NCBI GenBank assembly: GCA_950097015.1
Contig: CATNEN010000038.1
Coordinates: 21,204,001 to 21,268,000 of the forward strand
Reading direction: 5' to 3'
Source of the DNA: Macrostomum hystrix
Lineage: Eukaryota > Animalia > Platyhelminthes
Length of the DNA stretch: 64,000 nt
A program made the translations under genes and the position numbers. Below the pieces are notes generated by a model. It saw nothing but the letters and a program-made list of their open reading frames with translations. It was not told the origin of the DNA and did no database searches. This document shows, in pieces, positions 23,670 through 37,700 of this stretch; position 1 is the stretch's first letter; each line of letters opens with the position of its first letter.

Positions 23670-24720
23670 TCTGAGGACCAAAGAATTCAGGAATAAAAAA
23701 TTCAAGGACCAAAGAACCAAAAGACCAAAGAATCAGAGGACCAAAGAATCAGAGGACCAAAGAATTCGAGGACCAAATAATCTGAGGACCAAAGAACCAG
23801 AGGACCAAAGAATTCGAGGACCAAATAATCTGAGGACCAAAGAACCAGAGGACCAAAGAATTAGAGGACCAAATAATCTGAGGACCAAAGAACCAGAGGA
23901 CCAAAGAATTAGAGGACCAAAGAACCAAAGGACCAAATAATTAGAGGACCAAAGAATCTGAGGACCAAAGAATCTGATGACCAATGAACCAGAGGACCAA
24001 AGAATCTGAGGACCAAAGAATCTGATGACCAATGAACCAGAGGACCAAAGAATCAGAGGACCAAAGAATCTGAGGACCAATGAATTAGAGGACCAAAGAA
24101 TCAGAGGACCAAAGAATTAGAGGACCAAAGAATCAGAGGACCAAAGAATCTGATGACCAATGAACCAGAGGACCAAAGAATCAGAGGACCAAAGAATCAG
24201 AGGACCAAAGAATCAGAGGACCAAAGAATCAGAGGACCAAAGAATCTGAGGACCAAAGAATCAGAGGACCAAAGAATCTGAGGACCAATGAACCAGAGGA
24301 CCAAAGAATCTGAGGACCAATGAACCAGAGGACCAAAGAATCAGAGGACCAAAGAATCTGAGGACCAAAGAATCAGAGGACCAAAGAATCTGAGGACCAA
24401 AGAATCAGAGGACCAAAGAATCTGAGGACCAATGAACCAGAGGACCAAAGAATCAGAGGACCAAAGAATCTGAGGACCAAAGAATCTGAGGACCAAAGAA
24501 TCTGAGGACCAATGAACCAGAGGACCAAAGAATCTGAGGACCAAAGAATTCGAGGACCAAATAATCTGAGGACCAAAGAATCAGAGGACCAAAGAATCAG
24601 AGGACCAAAGAACCAGAGGACCAAAGAATCTGAGGACCAATGAACCAGAGGACCAAAGAATTGATCAGAGAACCAATGAATCAGAGGACCAAAGAATCAG
24701 AGGACCAAAGAATGCTCGGA
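23670..24720. repeat. 16-bp minisatellite (GAGGACCAAAGAATCA)
   Basis: Direct repetition. Confidence 0.95.
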
Positions 24721-24738
24721 CCCAATGATTCCTCAGCA

Positions 24739-27700
24739 TCACCTGGCCAGCAGGTCTCGCAGTTCTTGGCACATGTCGCCCAAATTCGTTGCCGGCTCGC
24801 TCAAACAAAAATACATCTCCCATTGGGAAGTCTTCCGACCCTGCACAGCTAATGACAACCGTTTCGGACCTTCTCCGGAGCCGCCGCCGCCGCTGCCGTC
24901 AACATCGAATTCGATGATTGTCATCAATTCTACGCCGCCGCTGACGGAGCCAGAAGCGAGTGCCAGAAGCTGCGGCCTGATCTGCAGTCCGACAAGGCGA
25001 AAAAACTCGGCAGTCACAGGGGCGGACAATCGGCTAGACTGCAACGGCGGCAGGCCCGACTGGGAGGCGTGGCAGACGCCGCTCTGCCAGTCTAGCAGCA
25101 GGTAGGCAAAGACTCCAGCACCTCCAGCCTGTTGAAGCCTTTGACGCGGCCTGGCGGACTGAGAATTTGCCGTTAGATCGCCCGCTGAACCGGCTGCGTC
25201 ATTCAGAGAAGTTAAAGAGGCCGCTCGGCCCAACGAACCGGCCTTTGATCCGCCGCCGATTCCCTTTGATCCGCCGCCGCCTTTTGATTTCTTTGAACTG
25301 CCGCTCCGACTACGAAACCAATTGAGAATGCCGCCGCCTCCGCCGCCTGATTTGGCGTTGACAACTGTGAGATAGTCAGCTGGATCAGCCAGGGCCACTT
25401 CCACAGCAGCTATGGAGGCCTGTTGCAGATTCTGCCGCTGCTGCTGAAGCTGTTGATCTGCGGCTGCGGTTTGCAGGAATATTGGAATTAACATTGCATT
25501 AGAGGACTAATGTCAATGGGATCTGGCGACTATGGGATCTGATGATTATGGGATCTGAGGATTATGGGATCTGCCGATTATGGGATTTGAGGATTATGGG
25601 ATCTGAAGATTATGGATCTCAGGATTATGGATTTGAGGTTTATGGATCTCAGGATTATGGATCTCAGGATTATGGTTCTGAGGATTATGGTTCTGTGGTT
25701 TATGGATCTCAGGATTATGGATCTCAGGATTATGGATCTCAGGATTATTGTTCTGAGGATTATGGGATCTGAGGATTAAGGGATCTGAGGAATATGGGAT
25801 CTGAGGATTATGGGATCTGAGGATTTTGGGATTTGAGATTATGGGATCTGAGGATTAAGGGATCTGAGGATTATGGGATCTGAGAAGCCATGTACAATGC
25901 AGAGCGGCGCCCTTACCCCACTGGAACAGATGCGGCAGCTTCGCTGGCAGGCAGTCCAGAAAAGCCTCAGCCGCTTCGAGTAGAGTCTGCGGCAATCCGG
26001 TCAGGTTTGTGAGGCCGGCGTACAGCAGGGCCAGGCTCAAACCGCCCATGGCCACGCATAGCAGGTGAGCCGGCCGATTGCGCAGGTGGCTCATCGACGT
26101 CAAAGACGACGATTCCGTCGAGTCCGGGAAGGCTTCCGGGCGGGCCGGCAGCCAGACAACCCGCAGTCGCCGCCTGCCGGCCGGATAGGCGGTGAAATGT
26201 CGGTGCAGCAGCTCGAACAGCCAGCAGGCGCGGCCCAGACGAGACTGTCCGGCGAGGCGGCCGAAGGCGGCCACTCTGGCGCCGGAGTCGGTCAGGCTGG
26301 CGCCGAGGACGCAGGCGTGACCCGTGAAATCTGGCCAGGCGATCGCGGCGCCGGAGGTGGCGGCGTTGCTGTTGGTGGCGGTGCTTCCAGAGGCGAATGC
26401 GGCCAGCAGACGGTCGGCGTCCCGCGCCTGGCTGGCTGTCTGGCGTCGGGCTGGCCAGGCGAGGCGGCGCAAACTTGGCGGCAGACGACGCTCCGACATT
26501 GCAGTGAAGAGTACCTAGCAGATGAGTAGAACAAAGACTATTGGACCGATGGAACAAAGACTGTAAAATATATGGAACAAATACAGTAGGAGTGATAGGA
26601 CAGAGAATGTAGGCTTGATAGAACAAACAATTGAAGGTGAACAAAAATGTAGGAAAATAAAAAAGGACTAGATATTTGATGATCTCATCATTCTGATGCA
26701 CACCTGTAGCAGCTGGCACATCGGCTCATTCTCGCCTGCGCTGTCCTCGTCATCTTCGTCATCTTTCTTCTCAATGCCGCCATCTTTGTGTCGAGGCTTT
26801 CTTGGCCAGCCAAGCAGGCGAAACAGGTCCAATAGGTGGCTTGTCAGCTGGGCCGGATCCGCGCCGGAGCCATTCAACCAGGCGGTTGGCGCGGCCAGAG
26901 CGCATACGACACTGGGACCAACGGGAAGCATGACGGCTGTCACCTCCTGGCCGTCGGGATCTTCAAAGATTACCGTCCTATCGAGAGTAGATTATGAAAG
27001 TTAAGTAGATCTCTGACAAATTGATTTTTTTAATTTTGTTGTAATCTGATTGGTTAGAAGGGCAGAAATAAATTTACAGAGGAGTGGGGTAGTTGTGCGG
27101 AAGAGTTTAATTGGCTAGAAGGGCAGAAATACATTTACAGAGGCGTGTTGGGTGTACGGAGGAATTTGATTGGCTAGAAAGATAAAAAACTGTTTGAGAG
27201 GATTGGAGTGGTATCTCGAGGAATCTGATTGGGTGGAAGGAAAAAATGAGAGAATTGGAAAAAATAATTGGAAGAAATCAAAACTTAAAGTTAGCACCTT
27301 TTAGGTAAAACTTATTTATGGTAAAATTTTCCATAAGCAAAAGGATTTTTAAAGACGACTGCATAGAAGCACTATAAAACATCAAAATTTTCTAAGAAAT
27401 ATGAAATCAAAAGTCAAAACAGGACAGAAACATCTAGAAAGTCTGGCTTTAATGAGATTAAAAAAAAAACTGAAATGTCTGTCGAGTTAGTTTGATGAGA
27501 AACAGACCTAGTTGAGCAGCTTGCTAAATATTTATACGCCAACTGCAACAGTTAAATAGTCCAGCCTAAAAAAATATCTGGCTAGGCTGGGTGCTGAAGC
27601 AAGGTGTTGACAGACAGCAATTTAACTGATTGATTGATACGGCAATATAGGCAGCCAAGGAGATTAATTTTTCAAGTCGGTAAACAGATCTCTCTAATCA

Positions 27701-29817
27701 ATCTTTCGTATCTGCTATGAGAAAACCTTCAGGTGTTTTTTCCGCAACTGTTTTCTTTTTCTAAAAAATTAATTTTTTTCAAGACCATCGCGGAGACAGA
27801 CAAAAATTGCGAAATTGAGATTCAGAATTATTAAGGCTTCGATATGTTTTGCAAAGCCTGACTGAAAGAAATATGTAGATCTAGAAAAACATAACATGAC
27901 CTAATTTTCTTAATTTAAACTTTCGATTCGAGTTTATAATAGGGTTGCGTGTCTGCCATTTGCATTATAAGCTTGCGCACTGTCACCATCGAATTCTCTA
28001 CCGTACCAATCTACTTCTCTGCTGTACCTACCTACTTCTCTGCTGTACCTACCTACTTCTCTGCTGTACCTACCTACTTCTCTGCTGTACCTACCTACTT
28101 CTCTGCTGTACCTACCTACTTCTCTGCTGTTCCTACCTACTTCTCTGCTGTACCTATCTACTTCTCTGCTGTACCTACCTAATTCTCTGCTGTACCTACC
28201 TACTTCTCTGCTGTACCTACCTACTTTTCTACCGTACCTATCTACTTCTCAACCGTACCTATATAGTCCTCTACCGTACCTATCTACTTCTCTGCTGTAC
28301 CTATCTACTTCTCTACCGTACCTATCTACTTCTCTACCGAACCTATCTACTTCTCAACCGTACCTATCTAATTCACTAACGCACCTATCTACTTCTCTAC
28401 CGTACCTATCTACTTCTCTGCTGTATCTATCTACTTCTCTCTGCTGCAGCTATCCACTTTACTCTGGATAGCTACTCTGAGTACTCTGGTAGCCCCTCTA
28501 CTCTGATTTCTTTCTAATCTACCCATTTTTCCAAAGATCTCAGACGTCGCCATTTCGCACCTGCACGGTGACTCGACAGCAACAGCAGCAGCAGCAGAAG
28601 AGGCCGACAACTTCGTCGCAATGGCATCATCGCCGCCAGAGTCCGCAGCTGTCGTCGTAGCTGACTGAGCCAGAAGGTCTGGCCAGGCCGACCACAGCGC
28701 GAGTAGGAACCCTCGCAGCTCGCACATCCTGTTGCGTCGCCTAGGCGGGAAGGCGAATAGAAGATCGGCGAACTCGGAGGCCTCCGACGAGCCGGCGTTT
28801 GAGCGCAGTAGAAGAAGGCCGTGCGTGTCGCTCGGCACACCCTGCTGTGCAGCGCCGCCGCCGCCACCGACTAGGATTGCGCAGTTACTCTCTAGATCGT
28901 AAACAACGGTCGGATGTACCTGAGGACTGCCAACCGACGGCTGGCCATCGTCGAGACGTTCAAAGCTGAGCGTGACGAGGCAGGCGCTGCGGCCAAGTTG
29001 GTTCTGGGAGTTTTTTTTAGCAATAGTTAGTTCTACTTGGTGCATCATTACTGTTGATTCTCTACTTCTCTGCTTGTATATCTACTTCTCTCTCATCATT
29101 ATCTACTTCTCGCCCACCGATATCTACTTCTCCCTCACCGATATCTACTTCTCCCCCACCGATATACTTCTCCCCCACCGATATACTTCTCCCCCACCGA
29201 TATCTACTTCTCCCTCACCGATATCTACTTCTCCCTCACCGATATCTACTTCTCCCCCACCGATATACTTCTCCCCCACCGATATCTACTTCTCCCTCAC
29301 CGATATCTACTTCTCCCTCACCGAAATCTACTTCTCCCTCACCGATATCTACTTCTCCCCCCATCGATATTTACTGCTCTACTCTAAATATATATTTCTC
29401 TCCCCACTCAACCTGTGCTTTGAGCTTATTTTCTTTAAAAAAGACAAAAAGAAACAATCTGCTCACCGCGGGATTCGGTAGCTGCTGCCGCATTCGCTTC
29501 CCATCCGGCCTTCTCACGTACTGCTCAGCTGGATTCAACGCGTCGCTCAGCCGCACGGGAATGCCGTTCACCTCGGCCAGATGGTCGTCGATTCGCACCC
29601 GCCGACTGTCCAGATGGCCCACGCCAGGCGTGAAGCCTTTGACAGCTAAAGGCGGGTTGTCATCTATGTCAGCGGGCGCGGCTGCGGCGGCGGGGTTGTC
29701 GGCTCCGCGTTTGAGAATCAGACCGCAGTCCGAGCGAAGGAACTCCTCGAGGGTACAATCTGGCGGAGTGCTCAAACTGCCGAGCATCAGTGTTATGGAC
29801 ACCTGGCGATGCTTCAT
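24739..29817 (-). CDS. INTU: Inturned planar cell polarity / ciliogenesis protein (PDZ + longin domains)
   Basis: Frame-compatible exons 29817-29467, 29003-28561, 26977-26704, 26514-25917 and 25463-24739. PDZ: LAVKGFTPG..RVRIDDHLAEVNG..VTLSFE. Longin-1: LLFAFPP..ELRGFLLAL. C-terminus: FAYLLLD..QGRKTSQWEMYFC, resembling INTU. The start may lie in an upstream exon. Confidence 0.75.
25515..25885. repeat. 15-16-bp intronic minisatellite (GGGATCTGAGGATTAT)
   Basis: Direct repetition. Confidence 0.92.
27995..28445. repeat. 21-bp intronic minisatellite (CTACTTCTCTGCTGTACCTAC)
   Basis: Direct repetition. Confidence 0.92.
29060..29370. repeat. ~21-bp intronic minisatellite (CTACTTCTCCCCCACCGATAT)
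   Basis: Direct repetition; shares the CTACTTCTC core with the 28.0-kb array. Confidence 0.9.
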
Positions 29818-29861
29818 CGGATGCTGCAACAGTTGACTAGTGATATAGGACCTAGGTAGCG

Positions 29862-31210
29862 ATTTGGGATCTGGAAAGTCCATTAGATCTGGGATATTGG
29901 TTTTGGGATATGGGATATTGGTTTTAGGATCTGGGTATGTTGATTTGGGATCTGTGATATTGGTTTTTGGATCTGGGTATGCTGATTTGGGATCTGGGAT
30001 ATTGGTTTTTGGATCTGGGTATGCTGATTTGGGATCTGGGATATTGGTTTTGGGATCTGGGATATTGGTTTTTGGGATCTGGGATATTGGTCTGGGATCT
30101 GGGATATTGGTTTGGGATCTGGGATACTGGTTTAGGATCAGAGATATTGGCTTGGGATCTGGGATATTACTTTGGAATCTGGGATATTAATTTGGGATCT
30201 GGGTATGTTGATTTGGGATCTGGGATATTGGTTTGGGATCTGGGATATTGGTTTGGGATCTGGGTATGTTGATTTGGGATCTGGGATATTGGTTTGGGAT
30301 CTGGGATATTAGTTTGGAATCTGGGATATTGGTTTGGGATCTGGGTATGTTGATATGGGATCTGGGATATTTGTTTTGGGACCTGGGTATGTTGATTTGG
30401 GATCTGGGATATTGGTTTAGGATCAGAGATATTGGCTTGGGATCTGGGATATTAGTTTGGAATCTGAGATATTGGTTTGGGATCTGGGTATGTTGATTTG
30501 GGATCTGGGATATTGGTTTTGGGACCTGGGTATGTTGATTTGGGATCTGGGATATTGGTTTTGGGATCTGGGATATTGGTTTTGGGACCTGGGTATGTTG
30601 ATTTGGGATCTGGGATATTGGTTTAGGATCAGAGATATTGGCTTGGGATCTGGGAATATTAGTTTTGGATCTGGGATATTGGTTTGGGATCTGGGTGTGT
30701 TGATTTGGGATCTGGGATATTGGTTTTGGGACCTGGATATGTTGGTTTGGGACCTGGATATGTTGGTTTGGGATCTGGGATATTGGTTTTGGGACCTGGA
30801 TATGTTGGTTTGGGATCTGGGATATTGGTTTTGGGACCTGGATATGTTGATTTGGGATCTGAGATATTGGTTTGGGATCTGGGAATATTAGTTTGGAATC
30901 TGGGATATTGGTTTTTGGGATCTGGGTATGTTGATTTGGGATCTGGGATATTGGTTTGGGATCTGAGATACTGGTTTAGGATCAGAGATATTGGCTTGGG
31001 ATCTGGGATATTAGTTTGGAATCTGGGATATTGGTTTGGGATCTGGGATATTGGTTTGGGATCTGGGTATGTTGATTTGGGATCTGGGATATTGGTTTTG
31101 GGACCTGGGTATGTTGATTTGGGATCTGGGATATTGGTTTAGGATCAGAGATATTGGCTTGGGATCTGGGAATATTAGTTTGGGATCTGGGATATTGGTT
31201 TGAGATCTAG
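29862..31210. repeat. ~20-bp minisatellite (GGGATCTGGGATATTGGTTT)
   Basis: Direct repetition. Confidence 0.93.
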
Positions 31211-31725
31211 GAGGCAGTTTTGAAATTTTAAATGCTAAAATATGATCTCAGAAAGTAGAAAAAAGAGCTTCATAAAAACTACAGTTATAGACTTGATTTG
31301 TGTACAGGTAAAAAGTATATTTTGCTTTTAATCGCATTCTACTTACAAAAGTTCATAAACATTCGAAAAAAACTCTTAGGCCTAATTTTATTACAGATTT
31401 TAACAAAAAAGAAAAAATGAAAGACAGCATTTTAGAGAATAATATTTAAACTTATATAGATGAACTTAAACAAAGAATTGAAATGAGAGTTGAATGTTGG
31501 TATTACAAACCGTAAGTTATAGTTAGAAAAGCTCAGATTGAACAGTTGCAAAGGAAGACAGTCGCGACAACAGAAGGCACACAAGAAGAAAAATATGAAC
31601 AAATGCAGCGATTTGTCAAAGTGATTTTTGGCCCATAATCCGTCTTTGAGCCACGCTACACGCAATTTGATGAAGAAAAAATGTAGAGATACGGAGGAAC
31701 AGTAGGACCGCAGCAACAGTCGATG

Positions 31726-34700
31726 TCACAGAAAAGTAATCTCCGCTCCGGACCATCTGAAATGAAATCAAAGGAGTTCAGGTCACCGTTTATTACAAAA
31801 ACTCTTGATGACACACCAGATTAAAGAAACATCTATGTTGCCAAATTTGGTTAACACGCGCATTCATACAATAGGCTAAAACTAAATTCCCAGCATGGTC
31901 TACTGGAAAAAGAACACTATCTTTAATATCATGGTCTACTGTATATAGAACACTAAATTTGTGATCATGGCCTACTGGATATAGAACACCAAACTTTGTG
32001 ATCATGGTCTACTGGAACTAGAACACTCACTTTGTGATCATGGTCTACTAGAACTAGAACACTCACTTTGTGATCATGGTCTACTAGAACTAAAACACCA
32101 AACTTTGTGATCATGGTCTACTGGAACTAGAACACTCACTTTGTGATCATGGTCTACTAGAACTAGAACACTCACTTTGTGATCATGGTCTACTAGAACT
32201 AGAACACTCACTTTGTGATCATGGTCTACTAGAACTAGAACACTCACTTTGTGATCATGGTCTACTGGAACTAGAACACTCACTTTGTGATCATGGTCTA
32301 CTGGAACTAGAACACTCACTTTGTGATCATGGTCTACTGATACTAGAACACTCACTTTGTGATTATGGTCTACTGGAACTAGAACACTCACTTTGTGATC
32401 ATGGTCTACTGGAACTAGAACACTCACTTTGTGATCATGGTCTACTAGAACTAGAACACTCACTTTGTGATCATGGTCTACTAGAACTAGAACACTCACT
32501 TTGTGATCATGGTCTACTAGAACTAGAACACTCACTTTGTGATCATGGTCTACTAGAACTAGAACACTCACTTTGTGATCATGGTCTACTAGAACTAGAA
32601 CACTCACTTTGTGATCATGGTCTACTGGAACTAGAACACTCACTTTGTGATCATGGTCTACTGGAACTAGAACACTCACTTTGTGATCATGGTCTACTGG
32701 AACTAGAACACTCACTTTGTGATCATGGTCTACTGGAACTAGAACACTCACTTTGTGATCATGGTCTACTAGAACTAGAACACTCACTTTGTGATCATGG
32801 TCTACTAGAACTAGAACACTGACTTTGTGATCATGGTCTACTGTATATAGAACACTAAATTTGTGATCATGGCCTACTGGATATAGAACACCAAACTTTG
32901 TGATCATGGTCTACTGGAACTAGAACACTCACTTTGTGATCATGGTCTACTAGAACTAGAACACTCACTTTGTGATCATGGTCTACTAGAACTAGAACAC
33001 TCACTTTGTGATCATGGTCTACTGGAACTAGAACACTCACTTTGTGATCATGGTCTACTGGAACTAGAACACTCACTTTGTGATCATGGTCTACTGGAAC
33101 TAGAACACTCACTTTGTGATCATGGTCTACTGGAACTAGAACACTCACTTTGTGATCATGGTCTACTAGAACTAGAACACTCACTTTGTGATCATGGTCT
33201 ACTGGAACTAGAACACTCACTTTGTGATCATGGTCTACTGGAACTAGAACACTCACTTTGTGATCATGGTCTACTAGAACTAGAACACTCACTTTGTGAT
33301 CATGGTCTACTAGAACTAGAACACTGACTTTGTGATCATGGTCTACTGTATATAGAACACTAAATTTGTGATCATGGCCTACTGGATATAGAACACCAAA
33401 CTTTGTGATCATGGTCTACTGGAACTAGAACACTCACTTTGTGATCATGGTCTACTAGAACTAGAACACTCACTTTGTGATCATGGTCTACTAGAACTAG
33501 AACACCAAACTTTGTGATCATGGTCTACTGGAACTAGAACACTCACTTTGTGATCATGGTCTACTAGAACTAGAACACTCACTTTGTGATCATGGTCTAC
33601 TAGAACTAGAACACTCACTTTGTGATCATGGTCTACTAGAACTAGAACACCAAACTTTGTGATCATGGTCTACTGGAACTAGAACACTAACTTTGTGATC
33701 ATGGTCTACTAGAACTAGAACACTCACTTTGTGATCATGGTCTACTAGAACTAGAACACTCACTTTGTGATCATGGTCTACTGGAACTAGAACACTCACT
33801 TTGTGATCATGGTCTACTGGAACTAGAACACTCACTTTGTGATCATGGTCTACTGGAACTAGAACACCAACTTTGTGATCATGGTCTACTGGAACTAGAA
33901 CACTCACTTCGATCTCAAACACATCTCAACCGGGCTCATCTCTGACGCAACATCAGTTTCATTTGAGTCAGCCGCCGGTTCCGCAATCTGACCAGCCGAA
34001 GCCGCACTGTCAGGGACCGACTCCATTGACGACGAAGATGACGAATTGTCGTTGTCAGTAAAATTTCCACGACAGTCTAGCGAAATGTGCATTAAACACG
34101 GATTAGAATTTTGTTCAGGAGAAAAATGGCTTTAAAGACAGAGGTTGAGAAAGAGAGGGTGAGAAAGAGAGGGTGAGAAAGAGAGGGTGAAAAAGAGAGG
34201 GTGAGAAAGAGAGGGTGAGAAAGAGAGGGTGAGAAAGAGAGGGTGAGAAAGAGAGGGTGAGAAAGAGAGGGTGAGAAAGAGAGGGTGTGGGAGAGCAGTT
34301 TAAAAGTGAAACGGAGAAATCTCAGGCTTAAAAATAACTTGTACACTCTTAGCTAGGCATTAACAGTTCAAATCAGTAATCCTTAAATCAGAACGCATAA
34401 ATAGGTTTTCAGGCTTAAATCCCAAACAGATGAACACACTGATTCGCATTTATATTTTTTTAATCTCGTCAATCTCGTCAATTCGTTATTCCTTTAATCT
34501 ACTATATTGTTTTCTTTGACAGCGCTCTGCATGTTAAGTCGTCTTAAAAACTCGAAACTGAAAGACTTCGCGACGTTGACAGAATGAACTGCGACAGAAA
34601 AATAAATTAAGGAAATCTCATCAACGGACGATAATTACGGATGCTAACTAGATTTAGATAAATAACGGAAACTGCTAAATGGATTTGATTGTTCAGGAAA

Positions 34701-37700
34701 TCTATATATTGTGAATCACTTAAAAAGAATTCAATTAGTGAAGTCAGAAGACAAAAGGAAATTCATTAAAAATAACAAAACGGATAACACCAAAATAACA
34801 GCCTAATTAGCTCTTAATCTTTAGACTCCCTAATTAGGGAATTTATGCAGCATCAGGAAAACACCCGATCCCAGATCCCGATCCCAGATCCCGATCCCAG
34901 ATCCCGATCCCAGATCCCGCTCCCAGATCCTGATCCCAGATCCCGATCCCAGATCCCGATCACAGATCCCGATCCCAGATCCTGATCCCAGATCCTGATC
35001 CCAGATCCCGATCCCAGATCCCGATCCCAGATCCCGATCACAGATCCCGATCCCAGATCCCGATCCCAGATCCCGATCCCAGATCCCGATCCCAGATCCC
35101 GATCCCAGATCCCGATCCCAGATCCAGATCCCGATCCCAGATCCCGATCCCAGATCCCAGATCCCGATCCCAGATCCCGATCCCAGATCCCGATCCCAGA
35201 TCCCGATCCCAGATCCCGATCCCAGATCCCGATCCCAGATCCCGATCCCAGATCCCGATCCCAGATCCCGAAAACTCACTCACCAACAAGCACCTTGGGT
35301 GGGCTCCTGGTTCTCAAGTCGGGAGTGAGCAGCATCAGCTCAAAGAGTCTCTCTGCCCGCCAATCGCTGACCAGCTTGGCCTCGCACGCGAATGCCACCA
35401 TCAGCTGGCCGGGTCCGGGCTGAAGCTCCAGCAGCCAGATTGGGAACCTCGGCGATTTCAGAAACGAGCCGACAAGATGCGGCTGAGCGCTGCGCCTGGT
35501 TGAGTACTCTCGGCTGCTCAGCCAGCCGACGTCGCATCGTTGAGCAACTCCGGCTAATTTCATAACTGATCCATCAGCCATCGATTCCTCAGAGAAATGA
35601 TTGCACACTCTTGCTACAGGACTGCCGCACAGTAGCAGAGATAGCAGGCTCTGATTGGCCAGATTGTTTGGACCAATCAGAGGCCAGGAAGGGCCGGCTG
35701 GTGGTTTAAAGTCAGGCCTGTGATTGGTGGATCAGAAGTTTTAGCACAGGGGATAAATATCACATATTTTACGAGCGAACACTCACACGAAATCCGTTAA
35801 TCTAGATCCCTTGAAAAACTAAATCCCAAAAGCAATACTGTTTTCTGTAATCCCAGTATCGAAATTTCTTTAAATGAAACCCATGTTAAAAATATTTTAT
35901 CAATAATTCTTTCAACTTTAATCCCGAATCCCATAGCGCCTTAGCAACACAAGAAGCCATTTCTCACCGATCCACACCTAGTGTTAGCAGGCACGAATAG
36001 ATCAGCAGAACAAGCGACGGAGTTCGCTGGCTTACAAAGCAGCGAGAATTCTCCACCAGGAACTGAGTCACATCACAGCCTGACTGGCAGGTGTACACGT
36101 CTAACTGGAGGGAATAAAATGATTGAAGGATAGGTTTATACTTGCTATCATAGGATAGGTAGTCTGTGAATCTAGGAGGGTAGTCTGTGGATCTACGAGC
36201 GTAAGAGGGTAGTCTGGGTGGATCTGAGATTGTAGTCTGGGTGGATCTAAGAGGGTAGTCGGGGTGGATCTAAGAGCGTAGTCTGGGTAGATCTAGGAGG
36301 GTAGTCTGGGTGGATCTAGGAGGGTAGTCTGTGTGGATCTAGGAGAGTAGTCTGGGTAGATCTAGGAGGGTAGTCTGGGTGGATCTAAGAGGATAGTCTG
36401 GGTGGATCTAGGAGGGTAGTCTGGGTGGATCTAGGAGGGTAGTCTGGGTGGATCTAGGAGGGTAGTCTGTGTGGATCTAGGAGAGTAGTCTGGGTAGATC
36501 TAGGAGGGTAGTCTGGGTGGATCTAAGAGGATAGTCTGGGTGGATCTAGGAGGGTAGTCTGGGTGGATCTAGGAGGGTAGTCTGGGTGGATCTAGGAGGG
36601 TAGTCTGGGTGGATCTAGGAGGGTAGTCTGGGTGGATCTAGGAGGGTAGTCTGGGTGGATCTAGGAGGGTAGTCTGGGTGGATCTAAGAGGGTAGTCTGG
36701 GTGGATCTAGGAGGGTAGTCTGGGTGGATCTAAGAGGGTAGTCTGGGTGGATCTAGGAGGGTAGTCTGGGTGGATCTAAGAGTGTAGTCTGGGTGGATCT
36801 AAGAGTGTAGTCTGGGTGGATCTAAGAGTGTAGTCTGGGTGGATCTAAGAGGGTAGTCTAGGTGGATCTAAGAGGGTAGTCTGGGTGGATCTAAGAGGGT
36901 AGTCTGGGTGGATCTAGGAGGGTAGTCTGGGTGGATCTAAGAGGGTAGGCTGGGTGGATCTAAGAGTGTAGTCTGGGTGGATCTAAGAGGGTAGTCTGGG
37001 TGGATCTAAGAGGGTAGTCTGGGTGGATCTAAGAGGGTAGTCTGGGTGGATCTAGGAGGGTAGTCTGGGTGGATCTAAGAGGGTAGGCTGGGTGGATCTA
37101 GTAGGGTAGTCTAGGTGGATCTAAGAGGGCAGTCTGGGTGGATCTAGGAGGGTAGTCTGGGTGGATCTAAGAGGGTAGGCTGGGTGGATCTAGGAGGGTA
37201 GTCTGGGTGGATCTAAGAGGGTAGTCTGGGTGGATCTAGGAGGGTATGTCTGGGTGGATCTAAGAGGGTATGTCTGGGTGGATCTAAGAGGGTAGTCTGG
37301 GTGGATCTAAGAGGGTAGGCTGGGTGGATCTAGTAGGGTAGTCTAGGTGGATCTAAGAGGGCAGTCTGGGTGGATCTAGGAGGGTAGTCTGGGTGGATCT
37401 AAGATTGTAGTCTGGGTGGATCTAGGAGGGTAGTCTGGGTGGATCTAGGAGGGTAGTCTGGGTGGATCTAGGAGGGTAGTACAGAGGAACAGACACTGTT
37501 CCAGCCTCAACAACAGCTTGAAGAAAGCATACGAGGGCTCGTAGAGCAACTGATAGTATGATGGAAACGAGAAGTTGCACCTTACCTTCTCTGAAATTCC
37601 ATCTTTCACGTAGCTGAAATTTTCTACGTAAATCAGGCCATTTGCATTTGGTCTGAAATAATTTTGTTGCGTTCTTTTCAAATGATCTTATCAATTCAAT

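Noticed and set aside
32074-33922. His-rich DHDHKVSVLV repeat ORFs
   Set aside because: Translation of the 36-bp intronic array
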